64,000 nt of DNA, from NCBI GenBank assembly GCA_963840455.1, contig CAWIYV010000014.1, positions 192,001 through 256,000 of the forward strand, given 5' to 3'. This document shows positions 1 to 9,464 of this stretch, one piece after another. The first letter of the stretch is position 1, and every line of letters begins with the position of its first letter. Under the pieces are notes generated by a model. It saw nothing but the letters and a program-made list of their open reading frames with translations, had not been told where the DNA came from and made no database searches. This DNA comes from Nitrospirota bacterium (GTDB taxonomy: Bacteria; Nitrospirota; UBA9217). The position numbers and the translations under genes are program-made.

Positions 1-30
1 TAAAATACACTGTTTTGCTTTTAGATCATC

Positions 31-705
31 ATGGCTTCCATAGTAATCATCTTCCTCGCCTTCGCCCTCGTCCACAGCATCACGGTCGCCACCTGGTTCA
101 AGGAGCTGTGCCGGCGCGTGTTCGGCGAGACGTTCATGCGCGTTTGGTACCGCTTCCTCTATACGAGCGTGAGCGGCATCACCGCATGCGTTGCGATCTA
201 TCTTATCACCCAGGTCTCCGACCGTGCCCTCTGGCAGGGGCCTCTGTGGTTTCGCCTGGTCATGCACGGGATACAGATCGCGGGCTTTGTGTTCGGCGCG
301 CAGGCGTTCCAGTATCTGGACAAATGGGAGTTCATGGGTTTCCGGCAGGTGTGGCGGTATGTGACGAAAGGGGAGATTGCCGGCAACAGCGAGGGTTTGA
401 CCGAGAAGGAACTGGTCACGACCGGGGTTTACGGCATCGTCCGTCATCCCCTGTATGTCGCGGGCCTCATCATCTTCACCTTCAGTCCGCATATCACCGT
501 GAATGGCCTTACCATCACTGTCCTGGCAGACCTCTATTTCCTCTTCGGCATGTTCATCGAAGAGCGGCGGTTCCTGAAGATATTCGGAGAGCAATACTGG
601 GAGTACATGACGAAGGTGCCGAGGATGGTGCCGAGGATATTCTCACGGCAGGGGAAGGAGAGGCATAACGGGAAAAACGCATTGAACAAAGGAGGCCCGA
701 TATGA
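31..705 (+). CDS. Isoprenylcysteine carboxylmethyltransferase/NnrU-like membrane methyltransferase (MddA-like)
   Basis: Multi-TM protein with 'LVTTGVYGIVRHPLY' and 'EERRFLKIFGEQYWEYMTKVPR' motifs typical of the ICMT/PEMT family. Confidence 0.8.
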   Translation: MASIVIIFLAFALVHSITVATWFKELCRRVFGETFMRVWYRFLYTSVSGITACVAIYLITQVSDRALWQGPLWFRLVMHGIQIAGFVFGAQAFQYLDKWEFMGFRQVWRYVTKGEIAGNSEGLTEKELVTTGVYGIVRHPLYVAGLIIFTFSPHITVNGLTITVLADLYFLFGMFIEERRFLKIFGEQYWEYMTKVPRMVPRIFSRQGKERHNGKNALNKGGPI

Positions 706-1727
706 TGCGGATGCTGCTGGCGCTGGTCCTGTGCATGGCAGGCGTCGCGAACGCGGAAATGCGCAAAGAGGCTGACACCATCTTCCTCTCCGCGCCGAGG
801 TCCTCGTGGGAGCTGAAAGTGCCTGCCCGAGGCATGGAATTGAAAAGCGAAGAGCGGAACGAAGACGGGAGTGGCGTCTACTACTTGTATCAGAACGCGG
901 GAACGGGACTGATCTTCTCGCTCTACCTGGAGCCGGCCGGAGAATGCAGGGCCGCCCAGGACTGTCGCGAGATGGCATGGAAACGGCCAAACCCCGCCAT
1001 CCAGGATCCCCGGGAGGTCGAGCGGTTCGATGAGAACGGTTTCGCGGTGATAAAATATGTCGTTCCGAGCTACCAGGGCGCAACGGTAAACCAGCTGAAC
1101 TATTCCGCCCATGCAGTGCGCGACGGCATCTGGGTCGACATCCACCTGTCGAAGTCCGACGCCCGGAGCGAGGACGCGGTCCTGCTTCGCAGTTTTCTCA
1201 AGGGCATTTCCTTCACGAAGAGGGAGCAGGGAACGACCGCTACGAAGAGCTCGGATCGGCGATTCCCCCTGCCCGACCATGGAACTGTCACCATGACGGT
1301 GCCGCCCATCTGGACCGACCAGGTGCGCCAACCGCCCGACCGGCTCCCCCCGACCATTGTGTTCTCTCCTGAGCTGGGCAACGCGTTCAGGATCATGATA
1401 ACGCCGATCTGGCCTGCGAACAAGGACATCCCCGTTCCCTCGGACCGAGATATCCGGTCGAGCGTGGAACAGTCCCTGGAGGGCATCCGCGGCCAGGCAG
1501 TGGAATCGTCGATCCCGGTTCGCGAGCTGAAGCGGGCAGGGGTGCGGGGATACTATTTCTCGGTCACGGATAGGGCGCCGAAGCCCGGCGAGTTCAAGTT
1601 TATGACCCAAGGGGCCGTCGCATCCGGGAGCTTGATCATCACCTTCACAGTGCTTTCGAACGACGGGACGGGGAAGGTCGAAAAGGACGCGATCACCATG
1701 ATCAGCAGCATCAAACACGTGCAGTGA
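702..1727 (+). CDS. Secreted hypothetical protein, two-domain
   Basis: GGAGG RBS, signal peptide MRMLLALVLCMAGVANA, start overlaps upstream stop. Confidence 0.7.
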   Translation: MMRMLLALVLCMAGVANAEMRKEADTIFLSAPRSSWELKVPARGMELKSEERNEDGSGVYYLYQNAGTGLIFSLYLEPAGECRAAQDCREMAWKRPNPAIQDPREVERFDENGFAVIKYVVPSYQGATVNQLNYSAHAVRDGIWVDIHLSKSDARSEDAVLLRSFLKGISFTKREQGTTATKSSDRRFPLPDHGTVTMTVPPIWTDQVRQPPDRLPPTIVFSPELGNAFRIMITPIWPANKDIPVPSDRDIRSSVEQSLEGIRGQAVESSIPVRELKRAGVRGYYFSVTDRAPKPGEFKFMTQGAVASGSLIITFTVLSNDGTGKVEKDAITMISSIKHVQ

Positions 1728-2368
1728 GCGGAAAGATGAGAAACAAAGGCCGGAGGAGCATACACGCGGCTATTGTCCTGGCCGCGGTCGTTGCCGTGCT
1801 GCTGCTAGTGCTTCAGCTCAAGAATCGCCACCGGGGTGACGAGGCCATCACGATCGATGCTGCCGTCGAAAGGGAGATCGTCGAGAAGGACCGGGCGATC
1901 CTGAGGACGAAGATCGCGGCGGTCTTTCCGCATTGGGTTCAGGCATGGAGGTCAGACGATGACCGCTTCGATCCCGCGGAACTCCAGCGGGACGGACTGG
2001 AGTCCATCGACTTGCTGCTCGATATCCAGGAGGACGAGCCTCACCTGCCGCTTGATGATGAGGCCCTTCGGCCGCTCATCTCCCCGGATGGAACGAAGTA
2101 CATCGAATACGGTGGATACAGCGAAGAGGCGGAGCCTGACTCGGAATTGACCCTCGTTGATACGCTCAAGAAGGAGCGGCGCCGCCTGTTGTTCTACGGT
2201 CCCTCGGTCCGCATCGATGATGCTGCGTGGGCCGATAACGAGACGGTCCTCGCGGTTGGGACGGAAGAGGCGGAGGCAGGACCGCAGAAGACGGCGGTCC
2301 TGCCGCTCGTCTGGATATTCCATCTGCCGCAGCGTCTCGTTTCCACCTACTCGCCGACGCAGCGCTAG
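1724..2368 (+). CDS. Membrane-anchored hypothetical protein
   Basis: N-terminal TM helix, acidic soluble domain with 'SPDG' beta-propeller-like motif; translationally coupled to upstream gene. Confidence 0.65.
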   Translation: MSGKMRNKGRRSIHAAIVLAAVVAVLLLVLQLKNRHRGDEAITIDAAVEREIVEKDRAILRTKIAAVFPHWVQAWRSDDDRFDPAELQRDGLESIDLLLDIQEDEPHLPLDDEALRPLISPDGTKYIEYGGYSEEAEPDSELTLVDTLKKERRRLLFYGPSVRIDDAAWADNETVLAVGTEEAEAGPQKTAVLPLVWIFHLPQRLVSTYSPTQR

Positions 2369-3204
2369 GCTCGTTCTTCCTGTTCACGCCGCGGGTCCAG
2401 GAGGGCGAGAACCGCATCGAGCTCCACCGACGTGGGAAGGAACTCCCCCATCCACCGGGCGCAGCGGTTGGCGTTCAGAGGGACCCCCACAACGGGGATC
2501 TCCAGCTTCGTGCACATCCGCATGCCCCGGACCAGTTCGGGAACGCAGGCGATCCCCATCACGCCGAGCCCGCCTTCGTCCTTCTTCAGCTCCCTGAACA
2601 ACGATTTGAGATTCGCCTGCATCCAGATATAGGACTCGACGCCGCGCTGCCGCAGGAGCGTGCTGACCGCGTTTACGTTACAGCGGACCGAGCATCCCTT
2701 GCATGCATAGTCGATGCCCGAGTCAGATGCGCGGCACGCCGCTTCGAGGTCGCGCAAACAGTGGGGGAGGAAAGCAAGCTTCCGGCCAGCCCTCAGGAAC
2801 GCGGGGCCGAACGCCCGGTTCATCAGCTCGATCTCGAGCATAGCGAGGTGATACTGCTCTTCAGTGAAGGAGAGGACGCCGTCGAGGCGCTTCAGGAGGG
2901 AGAGCTCGCGGAGGTGCTGATGGACCGCCTGCGTATAGGGAGACAGGCGTGTGCTGGCGGTCTGAACGAGGAAATGGGCAAACGAAGGACCGTCGCCCGA
3001 GGACAGTCTCCTCGCCAGGCGCGGTCGCTTCCCGAGCCTGCGAACCTCGGCGATGAGGGCCGTGGTGTCCGGCTGGCGCACAAGGCAGGCATCGGCAAGT
3101 TCTCCCACAGCACGATAGTAGCCTTCGGCGGCGTCAGCGGTCCCGAAGAGGGAAAAGGTCTTGCCCGGCACCGGCGGAGCATGGGTCCCATGATAGGTCG
3201 TCAT
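2365..3204 (-). CDS. DUF116 family Cys-rich protein
   Basis: 'FLPHCLR', 'CKGCSVRC', 'GIACVPEL' and 'GVPLNANRC' motifs. Confidence 0.75.
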   Translation of the reverse strand: MTTYHGTHAPPVPGKTFSLFGTADAAEGYYRAVGELADACLVRQPDTTALIAEVRRLGKRPRLARRLSSGDGPSFAHFLVQTASTRLSPYTQAVHQHLRELSLLKRLDGVLSFTEEQYHLAMLEIELMNRAFGPAFLRAGRKLAFLPHCLRDLEAACRASDSGIDYACKGCSVRCNVNAVSTLLRQRGVESYIWMQANLKSLFRELKKDEGGLGVMGIACVPELVRGMRMCTKLEIPVVGVPLNANRCARWMGEFLPTSVELDAVLALLDPRREQEERA

Positions 3205-3282
3205 GGGACATTATACGACTTCAGAAGACAATTGCGGAGTGCGGATTGCAGAATGCGGAGTGTACAAGAACCTGATCATACA

Positions 3283-3363
3283 TCGTTGCGAGGAGCGCGG
3301 CGGCGAAGCAATCTCGTATTTATCTGCGAGATTGCCACGCTCCCGTCGGTCGCTCGCAATGAC
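3283..3363. repeat. Palindromic REP-like element (TTGCGAG..GAAGCAATCT..AGATTGC..CTCGCAATGAC)
   Basis: Inverted-repeat structure; related copy at 7792-7914. Confidence 0.7.
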
Positions 3364-3376
3364 AGTTTGTAATGAT

Positions 3377-3907
3377 CTATTCCTGCCTGACCGCCGCGAT
3401 ATACGGCAGATTCCGGTACTTCTCCCCGCTGTCCATTCCGTAGCCCACGACGAACCTGTCCGGTATCTCGAAACCCCGGTAGTCGATCGGGACATCGACG
3501 GTCCTGTGCGCGTGTTTGTCCAACAGGACCGCGACCTTGAGGCTGGCAAGGCCCCTCTCCCGGTACCGCTTCAGCAGGAAATCCATGGTGGTGCCGGTGT
3601 CGATAATGCCGTCCACGAGCAGGACGTGCTTTCCGCTGATGTCGGAACCGATGTCCTTCGTCACCGTCACGACCCGGGAGGATACGCTGCCGCTTCCATA
3701 GCTCGAGACCTGGGCGAATTCGAGCATTACCGGGATGGTCAGCCGGCGCGCCAGGTCGGTGAAGAAGATCGCCGCGCCTTTCAGGATGCAGACCAGCAGC
3801 AGGTCCTTCCCGGCATAGTCGCGCGATATCTGCGCGGCAAGCTCGAGGACCGTTCGTTCAATGGCCTGCTCGTCGAAGAGTATTTCGAGGTCATCTTCCC
3901 TGGTCAT
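3377..3907 (-). CDS. hpt: Hypoxanthine phosphoribosyltransferase
   Basis: 'VCILKGA', PRPP loop 'VLLVDGIIDTGTT', 'FVVGYGMD..KYRNLPYI'. Confidence 0.95.
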   Translation of the reverse strand: MTREDDLEILFDEQAIERTVLELAAQISRDYAGKDLLLVCILKGAAIFFTDLARRLTIPVMLEFAQVSSYGSGSVSSRVVTVTKDIGSDISGKHVLLVDGIIDTGTTMDFLLKRYRERGLASLKVAVLLDKHAHRTVDVPIDYRGFEIPDRFVVGYGMDSGEKYRNLPYIAAVRQE

Positions 3908-3928
3908 GCTGTTTCGGCGATGTCGAAG

Positions 3929-4513
3929 CTAAGGGCCGGTACCGCGGGGCCTGGTGCCAGTCTGTCCCGTTGCCAGCGTTGTTGCCGTCGGTAAGGTATA
4001 AACGAACTTCCATTCGTTATAGGCCTTCTTGTTCTCGAAATCCGGATACTGTTCCGGGAATCCCGTCTTCTTGAGCGGCTCTTTATCGCTCTTGCTGTAC
4101 ACACCGGTGATGCGGTTCAACTTCGTTTGGTCGCGCACCACTTCGAAGTCCTCGCCGGTGATGGGGTCCTTGTAGGCCTGCCGGAGGTGCCGCTTGCCCG
4201 TGGGGGTCCTGCTGTCCTTCAAAAGCTCCTCAATGCTCGGTGGATATGCGCTTCTGCCGGGCAGGGCACGGTAATACCGCTCGATTGCCAGCCGGTACTG
4301 CTCTCCCCGGAACAGCAGCTCCTCCTCCTTTTCCCGCTGCATGACGAACGACCAGTACTTTCCCGCGGCTCCCATGCTGATGCCGAGGATGACGATGGCG
4401 ACCAGGAGGGCGACGTAGGTAAAACCAGATGCATTCCGAATTTCGGATTTCGGATTCCGGATTTTTCCCCGCATCAATCCGCAATCCGCATTCCGCAAGA
4501 TGTTTTGATCCAC
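3929..4513 (-). CDS. Type II secretion/type IV pseudopilin-like protein
   Basis: Class III signal G|FTYVALLVAIVILGI, then 'QREKEEELLFRG' and 'YKDPITG'. Confidence 0.85.
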   Translation of the reverse strand: MDQNILRNADCGLMRGKIRNPKSEIRNASGFTYVALLVAIVILGISMGAAGKYWSFVMQREKEEELLFRGEQYRLAIERYYRALPGRSAYPPSIEELLKDSRTPTGKRHLRQAYKDPITGEDFEVVRDQTKLNRITGVYSKSDKEPLKKTGFPEQYPDFENKKAYNEWKFVYTLPTATTLATGQTGTRPRGTGP

Positions 4514-4514
4514 C

Positions 4515-4745
4515 TCATTCCACCTTCCCCTGGCTCACGAACGCTCCTCCGCACTCCATGAATACCTCGGTCGAGGTTTTCGTTCCGCCGGGCTCCGCCG
4601 GCGGGAACAGGGAGAGGACCTTCTTCGCCTCGCGTTCGGCGATCGATTCGAAGGTGAGCGTCCCGTCCTTGCCGATGAGGGGTCATGAAGGGGTGAAATA
4701 CGTGCTGCTGGTTTTTCCTGACGAGTGTCTGAAGAAGTTTCCGCC
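4515..4745 (-). pseudogene. 5'-truncated, frameshifted gene fragment
   Basis: Removing one base near 4680 gives RKLLQTLVRKNQQHVFHPFMTLIGKDGTLTFESIAEREAKKVLSLF...QGKVE*; no start codon or RBS. Confidence 0.4.
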
Positions 4746-4768
4746 TACCTGCTGTCTCCTGATTTTTG

Positions 4769-6490
4769 CTATTCTATGAACGTGACCCGGTTGATCTCCT
4801 TGAGCGTTGTATCACCTTTCAAGACCTTGGTGACGGCCGACTGACGGAGGGTGGTCATGCCCTCTGCGATCGCGGTCTTCCTGATCTCCGACGAGGGGCG
4901 TTTTTCGAGGATCATCTCGCGGATGCGGTCCGACAGGTCGAGAAACTCGGTAATTGCCTTCCTGCCCCGGAAACCCGTGAAGTTGCACTCCTTGCACCCC
5001 GCGGCGTCGGAGAAAGCATGGTTCTGGTACCGGTCCGCGTCCAGGGCGGACTCTTCGAGCTCCTTGCGGGTCAAGCGCACCTGCTTCCGGCACTTGGGGC
5101 AGAGCATGCGCACGAGGCGCTGGGCCAGGATGCAGTTGAGGGACGAGACGAAGTTGTAGGGCTCGATGCCCATGTTCAGGAAGCGGCCGAGCACGTCGAA
5201 GGCGTTGTTGGCGTGGACCGTGGTGAAGACCAGGTGTCCCGTAAGGGCGGACTGGACCGCGATCTGGGCCGTCTCGGCGTCGCGGATCTCGCCGACCATG
5301 ATCTTGTCCGGGTCGTGGCGAAGGATGGACCGGAGGCCGCGGGCGAAGGTGAGGCCCTTCTTCTCGTTCACCGGGATCTGGACCACGCCGCGCAGCTGGT
5401 ACTCCACCGGGTCCTCAATGGTGATCATCTTGTCCTCTCCCGTGTTGATCTCGCTGATCGCGGCATAGAGCGTCGTGGTCTTGCCGCTGCCCGTGGGGCC
5501 CGTGACGAGCACCATGCCATAGGGCTCCCGGATGCTCTTGCGGAAGCGCTTGAGGTCCGTCTCGTCGAAGCCGAGGCTCTCGAGCCGGAGGCTGTTGACG
5601 CCGGCGGTGATGGACTCTTTGTCGAGGATGCGGATCACGATGTCCTCGCCGAACGTCGAGGGCATGATGGAGACGCGGAAGTCGATGGTCTTGGCGCTGG
5701 TGCGGATCTTGAACCGCCCGTCCTGGGGCACGCGGCGCTCGGCGATGTCCAGGTCGCTCATGACCTTGATGCGCGAGACCATGGCGCTGTGGAACTTGAT
5801 GTCGATGGGTTCCGTGGCCGGGTAGAGCACGCCGTCGATGCGGTACTTGATCATCACGTTCCTGTCCGTGGCCTCGATGTGGATGTCACTGGCGCGGCGC
5901 TGGATGGCGTCGAAGATCGTGGTGTGGATGAGCTTGATGATGGGGCTCTCGTCCTTCTCGATGGATTCGAGGGAGAGCACTTCCTCAGCGCCGTCCTCCT
6001 GCTCCTTCACGATGGAGAACTTGAAATCCTCGGAGACTGTCTGGAGCTTTCGCTCCGAGGAACCGCTGCGCTGCAGGGTCTCCTGGATGCCCGAGGTTGT
6101 GCTCACGCAGACCTCGATCGCGCGCTGCAGAAGGAGCTCCAGTTCGTCGATGACCGGGATGTTGTTGGGGTCGGCCAGGGCGACGACCAGCACCTCGCCG
6201 CTGTCCTCCAGGGGGATGAACTGGTAGCGCTGCATGATGTCCATGGGCACGAGCTCGAAGAACGCGGGGTTGATCCGGTGTTCCGCGAGGTCGACGTAGC
6301 GGAGGTCCCGCTGCTCTGCAAGGGACTGGGCGAGCAGCTCCTCGGTGATGAGGCCTTCGGCCAGCAGGATCTCGCCGATGCGCTTCTGGCGGTTGTCTCC
6401 CCGGGCGAGCGCCTCGTTGATGCGGGCCGCGGTGATGACGCCCTTTGCAACGAGGATCTCTCCCAGCCGTTTTCTGCGGAATGACGTCAT
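4769..6490 (-). CDS. gspE: GspE/PilB family assembly ATPase
   Basis: N-terminal 'RLGEILV' repeats (MshEN-like), Walker A GPTGSGKT, 'LRHDPD', His box 'TGHLVFTTVHAN', CPKC/CKEC. Confidence 0.95.
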   Translation of the reverse strand: MTSFRRKRLGEILVAKGVITAARINEALARGDNRQKRIGEILLAEGLITEELLAQSLAEQRDLRYVDLAEHRINPAFFELVPMDIMQRYQFIPLEDSGEVLVVALADPNNIPVIDELELLLQRAIEVCVSTTSGIQETLQRSGSSERKLQTVSEDFKFSIVKEQEDGAEEVLSLESIEKDESPIIKLIHTTIFDAIQRRASDIHIEATDRNVMIKYRIDGVLYPATEPIDIKFHSAMVSRIKVMSDLDIAERRVPQDGRFKIRTSAKTIDFRVSIMPSTFGEDIVIRILDKESITAGVNSLRLESLGFDETDLKRFRKSIREPYGMVLVTGPTGSGKTTTLYAAISEINTGEDKMITIEDPVEYQLRGVVQIPVNEKKGLTFARGLRSILRHDPDKIMVGEIRDAETAQIAVQSALTGHLVFTTVHANNAFDVLGRFLNMGIEPYNFVSSLNCILAQRLVRMLCPKCRKQVRLTRKELEESALDADRYQNHAFSDAAGCKECNFTGFRGRKAITEFLDLSDRIREMILEKRPSSEIRKTAIAEGMTTLRQSAVTKVLKGDTTLKEINRVTFIE

Positions 6491-7674
6491 TTCAGTTTCG
6501 CCCCCATTTCAAAGATCGGCAGGTACAGCGCCACGACGATGAACGCGATCACGATGCCCATGATGAGCATGAGCACCGGCTCGATCATGGTCGTGAGGTC
6601 GGTAAGCTTGTTCTCCACTTCCTGCTCGTAGAAATCCGCCACGTCCTCGAGCATCTGCGGGAGGTCTCCCGACGACTCTCCCACCTCGATCATCCGGACG
6701 GTCATGTCCGGCGCCAGCTTTGTCCGGGCGAAGGCGTCGGCGAGGCTCACGCCCTCGGTCAGGAGCTCACGGCTCTCCGTGAGATGCTTCGCGATGACGC
6801 GGTTGCTGATCACGCCGGCCGTGGTCTCCATTGCCTGCACCAGCGGGATACCGCCCCGCAGCACCGTTGCCAGGGTGCGGGTGAGCTGGGCCATGTAGTA
6901 TTGGGTGAGGATCGTCCGCACCAGCGGCACCCTGAGCGTGAGCGCGTCGAGGACCTGCCGGCCGGAAGCGGTCCTCTTCCAGAACGACAGCCCGACGACA
7001 GCGGCAACGAGCCCTGCGCCGAGGAGGGGCGCGGAGGAGACGATGAAAGCGGTGAACGACACAAGCGCCGTGGTCAGCATGGGGAGCTTCGCCTGGTCGC
7101 TGTACATCTGGGTGAAATTGGGGATGATATAGAGGAAGAAGACCGCGAGCACGGCGACGAGCATGAGGACAAGGAAGACCGGATAGATGAGGGCAGAGCG
7201 GACCTTCCGTTTCAGGGCGATCGTCCGTTTCTGGTACGCGATGTACCGCATCAGGACGTCCACGAGTGCGCCGCTCTGCTCGCCTGCCCGGACCGTTGCC
7301 GTGAAGAGGGGCGGGAAAAAGGCAGGGTGGGCGGCCATGGCGTCGGAAAGGGCGGAGCCGCCCTTGACCGCCTCGATGATGCCCGCGAGGGCCGAGCGGT
7401 ACCCCGGCTTCTCCATGCGCTTGTGCAGGATATCCAGGGCCTGCAGGATGGGCAGGCCCGCCTTGATGAGCGTCATGAACTCCTGGTTGAAGAGCAGGAA
7501 GTCCTTCGGGCTCGCGCCGCCGCCCCCGAAAACCGCCTGCTTCTTCTGGACGTCAAGGACCAGATAGCCCCTGGTCTCCAAGGCCTGGCGCACTTCAGCC
7601 ACGGTTGCGGCCGTGAACTCATCGGCAACAGACGTCCCGTCCTCGCGTACGGCCTTGTAGGTGAAGATCGGCAT
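6487..7674 (-). CDS. gspF: GspF/PilC inner-membrane platform protein
   Basis: Two T2SSF repeats 'AGEQSGAL' and 'VGESSGDL', C-terminal 'IEPVLM..YLPIF'. Confidence 0.95.
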   Translation of the reverse strand: MPIFTYKAVREDGTSVADEFTAATVAEVRQALETRGYLVLDVQKKQAVFGGGGASPKDFLLFNQEFMTLIKAGLPILQALDILHKRMEKPGYRSALAGIIEAVKGGSALSDAMAAHPAFFPPLFTATVRAGEQSGALVDVLMRYIAYQKRTIALKRKVRSALIYPVFLVLMLVAVLAVFFLYIIPNFTQMYSDQAKLPMLTTALVSFTAFIVSSAPLLGAGLVAAVVGLSFWKRTASGRQVLDALTLRVPLVRTILTQYYMAQLTRTLATVLRGGIPLVQAMETTAGVISNRVIAKHLTESRELLTEGVSLADAFARTKLAPDMTVRMIEVGESSGDLPQMLEDVADFYEQEVENKLTDLTTMIEPVLMLIMGIVIAFIVVALYLPIFEMGAKLK

Positions 7675-7682
7675 ACGTATTG

Positions 7683-7711
7683 ATAATACAGAGAAAAGAA
7701 GGCGAAGTCAA
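7683..7711 (-). promoter_or_regulatory. Sigma70-type promoter of the gspF operon
   Basis: TTGACT-17 bp-TATTAT, 8 nt before the ATG. Confidence 0.6.
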
Positions 7712-7791
7712 TGAAGGACGCGGGACTGGACGGTTACCGGTGCAGGTATGTGAAATATTTGTTGCTCTCTTTGCGAGCGGGTCCCTCGTTC

Positions 7792-7914
7792 GTCATTGCG
7801 AGCCGAAGGCGAGGCAATAACTCCCTTTAACTCGGGATAAACTCCGCAATCTCGGTGTTTGCGACATCAACAGACCGGTGATTGCTTCGTCGTAGAAAAA
7901 AGCTCCTCGCAATG
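7792..7914. repeat. Palindromic REP-like element (GTCATTGCGAG...CTCGCAATG) with internal insert
   Basis: Same family as 3283-3363. Confidence 0.7.
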
Positions 7915-7935
7915 CCATCTGAGATTTTCGGCAAA

Positions 7936-8070
7936 CTACAAAGTCCGTCGCCCGGGTTTCTTGCTGGTCTTCTTGGCGCCGCCGGGCCAGCATTTCGGGC
8001 AGGGACCGGCACCGCGGTACTTGTGGCCGCGGCTGCAGGTCTTCCAGCCGCCCCGGTTCGTTCTCAGCAT
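7936..8070 (-). CDS. 44-aa basic Cys/His (zinc-ribbon-like) small protein, absent from the ORF track
   Basis: GGAGGAG RBS; [44 protein letters not shown]. Confidence 0.65.
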   Translation of the reverse strand: MLRTNRGGWKTCSRGHKYRGAGPCPKCWPGGAKKTSKKPGRRTL

Positions 8071-8085
8071 GACTGCTCCTCCACA

Positions 8086-8143
8086 GCATAACGCCCGCAT
8101 GAGGAGCGAGGTTTTCGCGACTCACTCGTCGGCGTTGTTGGTT
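8086..8143 (-). mobile_element. attC-like site
   Basis: AACCAAC at the stop of the upstream gene, imperfect palindrome, GTTATGC directly before the RBS of the next ORF. Confidence 0.45.
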
Positions 8144-8409
8144 TAATCTTTGCTGTTTCGTTTCGAAACTACTTTATAAATGAGCAAGCCAATAAAAAGC
8201 GGGGTTACCACAAAGAGATCAAACACGACGCCCCATGAACAAGTGGCAATAGGGCCAAGATTTGAAAATTCCAAATTGAGAAACGAATAGAGTGGCCCGA
8301 TAGGAAAGAAAAAAGCCAAATATCCAACGACGATAAAAATGAACAACGCTACTATGTAAGAGATAACGAGCTTCGGGATGCTCATTTGTATTATGCGATT
8401 AATCATCAT
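8143..8409 (-). CDS. Small AT-rich membrane protein
   Basis: Two hydrophobic segments; low GC. Confidence 0.55.
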   Translation of the reverse strand: MMINRIIQMSIPKLVISYIVALFIFIVVGYLAFFFPIGPLYSFLNLEFSNLGPIATCSWGVVFDLFVVTPLFIGLLIYKVVSKRNSKD

Positions 8410-8644
8410 CTCTAGTTACGGGCAGTCTCGCTGGCTTTTTTATCAGTCGTGTGTATTTATTTTGGCACTAGGATAGTCTTGAGGTACCGTCAACCAAAGA
8501 ATTGCCAACAAGACCTACATTTGTCCGATAGTCCAGAATATCATCCATCGTTTATCCGCCGGATAGACCATTGCATAAAACAGAGGATCATTTTATCTAA
8601 ATCGTTCGCCTCCTTCTCTCTTGGTTTATTGCGAGATAGCCGTT

Positions 8645-8707
8645 TCATAACATCGAGTTGTTACATCGCCGCGAAGCGCGTCAGCGCGTCCGACCCGTAG
8701 GTTAGGT
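8645..8707. mobile_element. attC-like site
   Basis: TCATAAC...GTTAGGT (minus strand ACCTAAC...GTTATGA) around a GC-rich imperfect palindrome, 63 nt. Confidence 0.45.
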
Positions 8708-8784
8708 TCATGATATATTGAGCATCATGACTTGATTCGTCGGACCTTTGTTGCCACGTTGTCCATGCGGGGAAGTACGTTCTT

Positions 8785-9232
8785 TTATTTCTTTTCACTG
8801 TCCATTAGTGACTCGATTGATGCAACTTTTTCGTCTCGCTTCAGAAGATAACCAACTTCAGCAGAGCCCGGGGCTCCTCGCTTGACCTCTTTATAATCTC
8901 GTCTGATATTCGGGAATTGATTCGCTTGTGGTTCCACAAGCCTCGCCTGGACGAACACATTATTATAAAAATACAACACAACATCTTTCTCTACGGTAAA
9001 TGCGTATCTACGAGCTTCGAACTCATCTGGTGTCCCTTTTAGTCCGTATACAACCTTTTTAGGTGTGCCGCATATATGTTCAGCCTGGGATATAACATCA
9101 TCTTTTGGAGCTCCGATCATTAATGCTGCAGTATGAGTAAATCCAGGCATCCTTTCAACTGCCGGTGCGCATCCAATCAAGATCTGGCCGACAGTAATTG
9201 CGAATAATGTGCAAGTCGTAATTCCATTTCAT
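8785..9232 (-). CDS. Lipoprotein, apparently frameshifted in its signal peptide
   Basis: Removing one A after ATG AAA TGG restores MKWITTCTLFAITVGQILIGC (lipobox LIGC), joined to ORF 8785-9180. Confidence 0.55.
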
Positions 9233-9464
9233 ATCATATCCTCAGCATCTTCAAGGGCTTAACAAGTAGATTGAGTAGTTTTCCCGGTTTCTCCGGAAAT
9301 CTGAACCTGTTCAAAGCACTATGTTCAAGGTAGCGGTGGAAAGTGCTTATTAATCAAGGTTCGACCCGTCGGCCAACATACCATTTTCATACATGAGGAC
9401 TTTTCGGCCAACATCACTGTTTACTTAGTACACACGATCGGGTTTCCGCGCTGCTCGATCCTGC

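Noticed and set aside
4766-6484. Long antisense ORFs (e.g. 572 aa opposite gspE; also opposite fadD, ppdK and the MFS gene)
   Set aside because: Shadow ORFs caused by high-GC codon bias; the opposite strand carries clear family motifs
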